The translations under genes were made by a program, and so were the position numbers. DNA of 64,000 nt from an uncultured cyanobacterium (lineage in GTDB: Bacteria > Cyanobacteriota > Cyanobacteriia > Phormidesmidales > Phormidesmidaceae): contig CAWBZI010000006.1 in NCBI GenBank assembly GCA_963793265.1, positions 320,001-384,000 of the forward strand, in the 5' to 3' direction. The notes below the pieces were generated by a model. It saw only the letters and a program-made list of their open reading frames with translations, did no database searches and was not told where the DNA came from. Positions 58,473-64,000 of this stretch are shown here, one piece after another; position 1 is the stretch's first letter, and every line of letters begins with the position of its first letter.

Positions 58473-60218
58473 GTGCTTTATCTAGCTGAGACACAAAAGA
58501 AGAGTGGATTTATTGGGAGCGGTAAGGCGGAGTTTAAGCTGCTTGCCTGTCAGCGTTCTGAGCACGATTGGAGCGCGGTACCTGGAGACGAAGTGGTAGC
58601 TGCACCCGATGATGCGACCTATGGCGCGGATACGCTGGTAATGATTGAGCTGAATAGCAGTCGCCAGGTGCAGCGTCATAAGGAGGCGGGGCGATCGCTC
58701 GTGAGCATTCTGCAAAATTTCTCTGGGCTAAGCAAAAAGTTTAAGGCCCAAGGGGAGGAAATTGAGCAGTGGAAGGAGTCGCTGACCTATCAAAGCCAGG
58801 CGCTAAACCGGCGGGAGATGGAAATTGAAACTCGCCAGGATCAAATTGATCAGGCGGAGGCGGATTTAGCACAGATAGAGGAAAAGCAGCAGGCTGTAGA
58901 GGCTCAGCAAAGTGAAGTGGAAGCGCTGCGAGAGGAGCTAACAAGGAAGAACGCTGAGCTAGAAGGCGCTTGGGCTCATCTCAATGGAGAAATTCAGCGG
59001 TTTGAAGAGCAGCAGTCTGATGCGAGCGCTAGCGGTGGGCTCAGCGATGAGCAGGCACACCAAATGCGGACTGCGATCACTCAATTAGCAGAGGCAAGCA
59101 TTTCGGCAACGGCAGTCAGCGACGATCTGACAGCGGCATTCGAGCTGGTGGCTCACTACCAAGCTGAGGTTGTAGAGAACCAGCAGATTTTAGATCAGAA
59201 GCGAACGGAAGTTACCGCTGGAGAAGAAGCGTTGACGGTTCAGACTGAGACTTTGGTAGAGGCAAAGCGATCGCTTACCGAATCAGAAACAATGCTCTGT
59301 GCCACGCAAGGTAACCTACAGCAGCAGCAGACTTTACTGGGCGCGAAACAAGACCAGAACCAGCTACTCACCGACCAGCTCAAGAACCAATCGAACCTTC
59401 ATCAGCAGGTATATAAGCTACTCAACGCAACCGACAAGGTACGCTTGAGTAAAAAAGTAGATGTCGCAGCGCTTGAGGCCATGTCAGTCGATGAGCTGCA
59501 AGGTGTGGTATCACAGCTAGAAAAAGACCTAGATAAAATGTCTCGGTTTGTCAGCGACCAAGAGGAAGAGCTAAAGCTACAGCAGGATGACATTGACGCA
59601 ATTCAGGCAAAGATAGAAGCGGCCAGTGAGTTTGACCGACTACAGCTAGAGACTGAAATTGCTGAAGAGAAAGACCGCCATGTAATGCTTAACCGAACGC
59701 TAGTCGGGCAGCGGCGTAATTTGCTAGAGCGAGAAGAAGTGCTTGAGCAGCATCGAGCGGTTTTACTCCGTAGGCAAGGGCTGGCCACGGAAGGCTCGGC
59801 GGGGGCCGCTGAACTTGAGCCTTTCTTAGATGAAATTGATGAGATGCGGGCTCGATTAGGAGAGCAAATTCAGGAGATAGAGGCTCAAAGCGCTCAGATT
59901 CAGACTGAGATTGACGCGCTTAAGCAAACCAAGCAGCAGCAGCAGGAAACGATTGAGGCTCACAAGCAGGCCGTAAGTGCGGCGGTAGAAAGCTGCGATG
60001 TGCAAAGGCACGCGATCGGTCAGGCTCAAGGGCAAGTTGTGCTGTATGAATCGCTATTGCCTTCAATTGAAGAACGGCTTGGCAGCTTTTATCTGAAGCT
60101 AGAGGCTATTTCTCAGACGGTTGCGCAAATTCAGTCGGCAGAGGCTCAGCAGCAAAGCGCGATCGCCCAGGCTCAGCAGGTCGTGAGCGCCTTAGACGCA
60201 GCGCCAGCATTGGTGTAG
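58473..60218 (+). CDS. hmpF: Pilus motility/taxis coiled-coil protein HmpF
   Basis: MLYLAE.QKK.GFIG.GKAE.KLLACQR.E..WSAV, EEIEQWKESLTYQSQ, long coiled coil. Divergent from the che cluster. Confidence 0.85.
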   Translation: MLYLAETQKKSGFIGSGKAEFKLLACQRSEHDWSAVPGDEVVAAPDDATYGADTLVMIELNSSRQVQRHKEAGRSLVSILQNFSGLSKKFKAQGEEIEQWKESLTYQSQALNRREMEIETRQDQIDQAEADLAQIEEKQQAVEAQQSEVEALREELTRKNAELEGAWAHLNGEIQRFEEQQSDASASGGLSDEQAHQMRTAITQLAEASISATAVSDDLTAAFELVAHYQAEVVENQQILDQKRTEVTAGEEALTVQTETLVEAKRSLTESETMLCATQGNLQQQQTLLGAKQDQNQLLTDQLKNQSNLHQQVYKLLNATDKVRLSKKVDVAALEAMSVDELQGVVSQLEKDLDKMSRFVSDQEEELKLQQDDIDAIQAKIEAASEFDRLQLETEIAEEKDRHVMLNRTLVGQRRNLLEREEVLEQHRAVLLRRQGLATEGSAGAAELEPFLDEIDEMRARLGEQIQEIEAQSAQIQTEIDALKQTKQQQQETIEAHKQAVSAAVESCDVQRHAIGQAQGQVVLYESLLPSIEERLGSFYLKLEAISQTVAQIQSAEAQQQSAIAQAQQVVSALDAAPALV

Positions 60219-60294
60219 GTAGGTGTAGCTAAAGTACGGTAGATAGCGGTACCTTAAAGGCTGAAAGATCTATGCTGAGTCGAGAGAAACAACT

Positions 60295-60534
60295 ATGTCA
60301 GCAGAAAAAGGCTCAGCAGAGTTTATTAAGCTCGATCAGTTTTTGAAAGTTACTGATGTCGCCCAGTCTGGCGGTGAAGCGAAGCTAATTATCCGCAGCG
60401 GCGAAGTCTTTGTGAATGGCGAGATGGAGCTAAGACGCGGGCGCAAGCTATACGATCAGGATGTGGTAACCGTAGACAACGTTTCTTTTACGGTCGAGAT
60501 GGAGCCTGCTAGCGAATCTGACAATGTTGAGTAA
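60295..60534 (+). CDS. S4-like RNA-binding protein (YaaA/YbcJ type)
   Basis: IKLDQFLK...SGGEAK..I..GEVFVNGE.E.RRGRKL. Confidence 0.9.
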   Translation: MSAEKGSAEFIKLDQFLKVTDVAQSGGEAKLIIRSGEVFVNGEMELRRGRKLYDQDVVTVDNVSFTVEMEPASESDNVE

Positions 60535-60643
60535 AGCCCTGCTTTCTTGCAATCGGCTCTCCCACAATATTCTGTAAGCCACATACACTAGAGATGCCGG
60601 TAGGCAATTGTACACAGACTTATTACTTATAGGAGAGAAATGA

Positions 60644-60904
60644 ATGCAGCCCAAGGTTGAGATTTATACATGGAGCCGCTGCCCTTTTTGTATTCGCGCT
60701 AAGTCGCTGTTAGACAAAAAAGGGGTTGAGTATACGGAATATTGCATTGATGGCGATGAGGCTGCTCGCGATGAGATGGCCGACCGAGCGGGACGGCGAT
60801 CGCTGCCACAAATATTTATTGACGATCAGCATATCGGTGGCTGTGATGATATTCACGCGTTAGAGCGCAAAGGTCGTTTAGATAGCTTGCTGGCTGTTAG
60901 CTAG
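60644..60904 (+). CDS. grxC: Glutaredoxin 3
   Basis: CPFC, SLPQIFI, GGCDD. Confidence 0.93.
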   Translation: MQPKVEIYTWSRCPFCIRAKSLLDKKGVEYTEYCIDGDEAARDEMADRAGRRSLPQIFIDDQHIGGCDDIHALERKGRLDSLLAVS

Positions 60905-60927
60905 AGACATAAGCCGAGCTGGATGAG

Positions 60928-60977
60928 AAAAAAAGACCGTAGCGATTGCTTTTAGAGGCGATCGCTACGGTCTTTTT
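60928..60977. terminator. Bidirectional terminator between grxC and hpf
   Basis: aaaaaaagaccgtagcgattgc-ttttagag-gcgatcgctacggtcttttt. One arm contains HIP1. Confidence 0.85.
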
Positions 60978-61004
60978 AAGCTATTACTCAAGTCTCGGTT
61001 GGTT

Positions 61005-61676
61005 TTAAGAGGCTCGCGATAGCGGCGTTACGTTAGACATTGCCATCTCTTTGCGACCGTTTTGAGATGCTTTGCCGTGGTTTTGCTTGGGCTGTAGCAA
61101 TCCGTAGCCCTTATGATTGCGCTCATAAATCACGTTGATTTCGTCGGTAGCAATATTACGGAACATGTAAAAATCATGGCCAACTAGCTCCAGGTTTTCT
61201 AAAGCTTCTTGAACCGTCATCGCAGGCATTGCGAAGTATTTAGTGCGAACCACTTCAACCGGTAGCTCAGGCTGATGGTTTAGCACTTCGCTAATGTCAG
61301 GGCTTCCATCAGGGGCTATATCAGGAGCGCTCAAGGTCGCATCTACATCGGTGGGGCGAACCGAGGTGTGATCTTGATGGCGGCGCTTCTCTTTGTACTT
61401 GCGCAACTGACGGGTAATTTTGCTGGTTACCATGTCGATGCTGGCGTATAAATTCTCGCTGCTTTCTTCTGCTCGTACGACCGCATTGTTAAGATAGAGC
61501 GTGACTTCTGTCGCTTGCTTCGGAGCTATTCGAGGGTTGTTTTCAACAGAGAGATTGACATCTACTTTATGAATTAGGTGTTTAAAGTGGGCTGTCGCTT
61601 TCTCAATCTTTTGGTGAACATGAGTCCGAATGGCATCTGTGATCTCAATGTTTTTACCCTGTACTACTAGCTTCAT
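61005..61676 (-). CDS. hpf: Long ribosome hibernation factor HPF/LrtA
   Basis: MKLVVQGKNIEIT, ENLYASID, RQLRKYKEK, VVRTKYF, HDFYMF, INVIYER. Confidence 0.93.
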   Translation of the reverse strand: MKLVVQGKNIEITDAIRTHVHQKIEKATAHFKHLIHKVDVNLSVENNPRIAPKQATEVTLYLNNAVVRAEESSENLYASIDMVTSKITRQLRKYKEKRRHQDHTSVRPTDVDATLSAPDIAPDGSPDISEVLNHQPELPVEVVRTKYFAMPAMTVQEALENLELVGHDFYMFRNIATDEINVIYERNHKGYGLLQPKQNHGKASQNGRKEMAMSNVTPLSRAS

Positions 61677-61806
61677 AAAAAGCAGCCTCCCGTATGGCGG
61701 TTGGTGTATACCTTTTAAGCCTAACACCGCTTATTTTGAGCGCTCAAAATCTGTCAATTATTTAAGCATCCGTTGATATTTCTTGACCTGTTTTTAACTC
61801 TGACGA

Positions 61807-62529
61807 ATGAAAAATAATACTGATAGAAACTCATTGATCTCAGCGCTGAGTTGTCAACCGCAAAGACACGGGAATCTATACCTGCTCGATAAAGTGCCCT
61901 ATCAGACAGCGTGGCAGTGGCAGCAGCGGCTAGTTGCAGATCGAAAGGCAGCGGCGTTAGATGACGTGCTGCTGCTGCTACAGCATTATCCGGTTTATAC
62001 GCTCGGCCATGGCTCAGATACGCGATTCTTGAAATTCGACCCTGAGCAGAGCAACAATGAGATTTACCGCATAGAGCGCGGGGGAGAGGTGACTTATCAC
62101 TGCCCTGGGCAGTTAGTGGGGTACCCAATTTTGAACCTTCGGTTTCATCGTCAGGATTTGCACTGGTACTTAAGACAGTTAGAAGAAGTAATTATTCGGA
62201 CGCTGGGCGTTTATGGGCTGGTGGGCGATCGCATTCCTGGGCTGACGGGTGTGTGGCTAGAAGGCCGCAAGGTTGCCGCCATCGGCATCAAAGTAAGTCG
62301 GTGGATCACAATGCACGGATTTGCTTTGAATGTGTGCCCAGATTTGTCAGGGTTTGAGAAGATTGTGCCCTGTGGAATTGAAGGAAGACCCGTGGGATCG
62401 CTGGCTCAGTTTTTACCTGGAATTGAGATAGAAGGCGTGCAGCAGTGCTTAGTTGCTCAGTTTGAACAGGTTTTTGGAATGGCCTTATCTCTATCGACTT
62501 TGCCGCATGAATTGGCTGTGTTTAAGTAG
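61807..62529 (+). CDS. lipB: Octanoyltransferase
   Basis: [39 protein letters not shown]. Confidence 0.95.
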   Translation: MKNNTDRNSLISALSCQPQRHGNLYLLDKVPYQTAWQWQQRLVADRKAAALDDVLLLLQHYPVYTLGHGSDTRFLKFDPEQSNNEIYRIERGGEVTYHCPGQLVGYPILNLRFHRQDLHWYLRQLEEVIIRTLGVYGLVGDRIPGLTGVWLEGRKVAAIGIKVSRWITMHGFALNVCPDLSGFEKIVPCGIEGRPVGSLAQFLPGIEIEGVQQCLVAQFEQVFGMALSLSTLPHELAVFK

Positions 62530-62567
62530 TTGCTTAAAGGGCAGTTACCTACAGCTGTAGTACGCAC

Positions 62568-63845
62568 TCAAAAAGCAATTTCTAAAAGAGAGAGATCGTC
62601 GTCAAAATGGTTGCCGCCGAAGTCACTGACCTTTTGAATAATACTATCGACGCTGAGGTGGTGCCCAGATTCTAAATTTGCAAGAATCTCTGTAAATCCC
62701 TCTAAACCAAGCTGGGGCACATCGTAGCCTTTGTTGGCAGGCTGAAGTTCGTAAATGCCATCGCTAAAAATGTAGAGGCGACCGCCTTCGGCCACCCGGC
62801 AACGCTGCCATTGGTAGGGCGTATTTGGCATCATGCCAACAGGGACACCGGGCGTTCGCAGGGGCACTAATGCGGCTGGATCGTTGGCGGTAGCTGGGCT
62901 AATGAGCACAGCGGGCGGATGTCCGGCGCTGGCGTAGGAAAGCTCGCGGGTGGCTCGGTTATAAACGCCGTACCAAATTGTGAAGTACTTGTCGTTTTGA
63001 TCGTCCATTTGAAAGGTTTCGTTGAGCCCTTTGAGAACGGTTTCGGGGCGGTAGAAGTTAACGCCAGGGAGAGATTGCGATCGCAATACATTCAGCACCG
63101 ATGTAGACAGTAGCGCCGCGCCTAGCCCATGCCCTGAAACATCCAGCAGATACATCACCAAATAATCTGGGTCGAGCCAGTAGTGATCAAAGCAGTCGCC
63201 GCCGAGTTCTTGAGATGAGATAAAGCGAGAGGTGATAGAGACGTGATTGCTTTGCAAGCTCGCACCTAAAGGCTTTGGCACATCTGCTGGTAGTAGAGAC
63301 ATGACGTAAGTAGCCGCCTCAGCTAGCTCTGCTTCTAGCCGCTGGCTCTGTGCCTTCAGCGCTTGAGTGAGCTGATGCAGGCGCATTCCTGCTTTAACTC
63401 TCGCCGCTAGCTCAGCCTTATTCACCGGCTTAAAGAGTAGGTCATCGGCCCCAGCCTCAAGCGCTTCTACACGATTAGCCATGCCGGTATGGCTAGTCAT
63501 CATCAAAAAAGCGGTAGTTGAAAGCTGCGGATCTTGCTTGATGCGACGGCAGATTGCGATGCCATCCATCTCGCCAGGCAGTATCCAGTCGCAGATGATG
63601 ACGGAGGGATCTCGCTGCGCTTTTTGCAATCCATCTGCCGCGCTGGCCGCTGTGACTACCTGATATCCCCACTTTTGCAGCAGCCGTTGCAGGCTTGTGA
63701 GCACCGCTGGATCGTCATCAATCACTAAGATATCAATCGCTCCGTCTTCTGCCTGATCGACCTGTGAATTTGGCTGCGAATTTGGCTGCGAACTGGCCAG
63801 ATCGGAACGATTGGCTGCTGACGAAAAAGGAAACTTAAAAATCAT
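62568..63845 (-). CDS. Receiver + PP2C/SpoIIE phosphatase (RsbU/RsbP-like)
   Basis: Receiver (IDDD, CDW, KP), ELGGDCFD, DVSGHG, SAGHPP, FSDG, DDLSLL. Confidence 0.92.
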   Translation of the reverse strand: MIFKFPFSSAANRSDLASSQPNSQPNSQVDQAEDGAIDILVIDDDPAVLTSLQRLLQKWGYQVVTAASAADGLQKAQRDPSVIICDWILPGEMDGIAICRRIKQDPQLSTTAFLMMTSHTGMANRVEALEAGADDLLFKPVNKAELAARVKAGMRLHQLTQALKAQSQRLEAELAEAATYVMSLLPADVPKPLGASLQSNHVSITSRFISSQELGGDCFDHYWLDPDYLVMYLLDVSGHGLGAALLSTSVLNVLRSQSLPGVNFYRPETVLKGLNETFQMDDQNDKYFTIWYGVYNRATRELSYASAGHPPAVLISPATANDPAALVPLRTPGVPVGMMPNTPYQWQRCRVAEGGRLYIFSDGIYELQPANKGYDVPQLGLEGFTEILANLESGHHLSVDSIIQKVSDFGGNHFDDDLSLLEIAF

Positions 63846-64000
63846 ACGTGGCCTTTACAGGAAGCTCCTCTTCAGGAGCGGTAGGCGCGTCTGAGATGAG
63901 ACGACTAGAGATGGCGTGATTCCATAGGTCAATGAAGTCAGCTAGATAATAAGGAAGATCTGCTCTGGTGTCTTCCTTAATGCCTGAGAGCGAGAAGTCT
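63835..64000 (-). CDS. 3' end of an unidentified ORF entering from the window edge
   Basis: Open frame ...DFSLSGIKEDTRADLPYYLADFIDLWNHAISSRLISDAPTAPEEELPVKATYDF*, overlapping the start of the phosphatase gene. Confidence 0.5.
   Translation of the reverse strand, partial: DFSLSGIKEDTRADLPYYLADFIDLWNHAISSRLISDAPTAPEEELPVKATYDF

Larger units (their letters stand above)
218..63084. repeat. HIP1 octamer GCGATCGC, dozens of dispersed copies (first at 218, last at 63077)
   Basis: Seen directly, e.g. at 11328, 14022, 14639, 19476, 22144, 28485, 28509, 28548, 30592, 31359, 41076 and 45551. Hallmark of many cyanobacterial genomes. Confidence 0.97.

Noticed and set aside
60573..60588. NtcA box upstream of grxC
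   Set aside because: GTA and TAC are separated by 7 nt, not 8.
1..64000. tRNA, rRNA, IS transposase, integrase, prophage
   Set aside because: None recognised by eye. A covariance-model scan would be needed to exclude small RNAs.

Overview
Cyanobacterial chromosomal DNA, judged from dozens of HIP1 (GCGATCGC) sites and from chlP, CRR6, PAM68 and hmpF. It is probably a non-heterocystous Leptolyngbya/Synechococcus-like lineage (inference). Most of the window is housekeeping: lexA, sigA, thyX, msrA, galE, the proB-yqeG-mltG-DUF3727-yqgF cluster, wecB, ilvD, hslO, chlP, lspA, bioY, hemB, rpsO, glcD, grxC, hpf and lipB. It also carries a type IV pilus chemosensory locus (cheY-cheW-MCP-cheA plus divergent hmpF) and a pilin locus. 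Accessory patches are a toxin-antitoxin stack (20.4-22.1 kb), a KaiC-like ATPase/histidine kinase pair divergent from an orphan nurA with a LexA box (24.6-28.8 kb), and a 41-47 kb patch with Uma2 genes, REP-like hairpins, pilins and a DUF433/PIN pair. Two signals are the most unusual. (1) G-rich sequence switches to C-rich sequence at many HIP1 sites, even inside single genes. (2) A ~170-nt highly structured leader with a switchable terminator lies upstream of a small unknown ORF at 42.2-42.7 kb. No rRNA, tRNA, CRISPR array or transposase was recognised. All calls come from motif recognition by eye; no searches were run.
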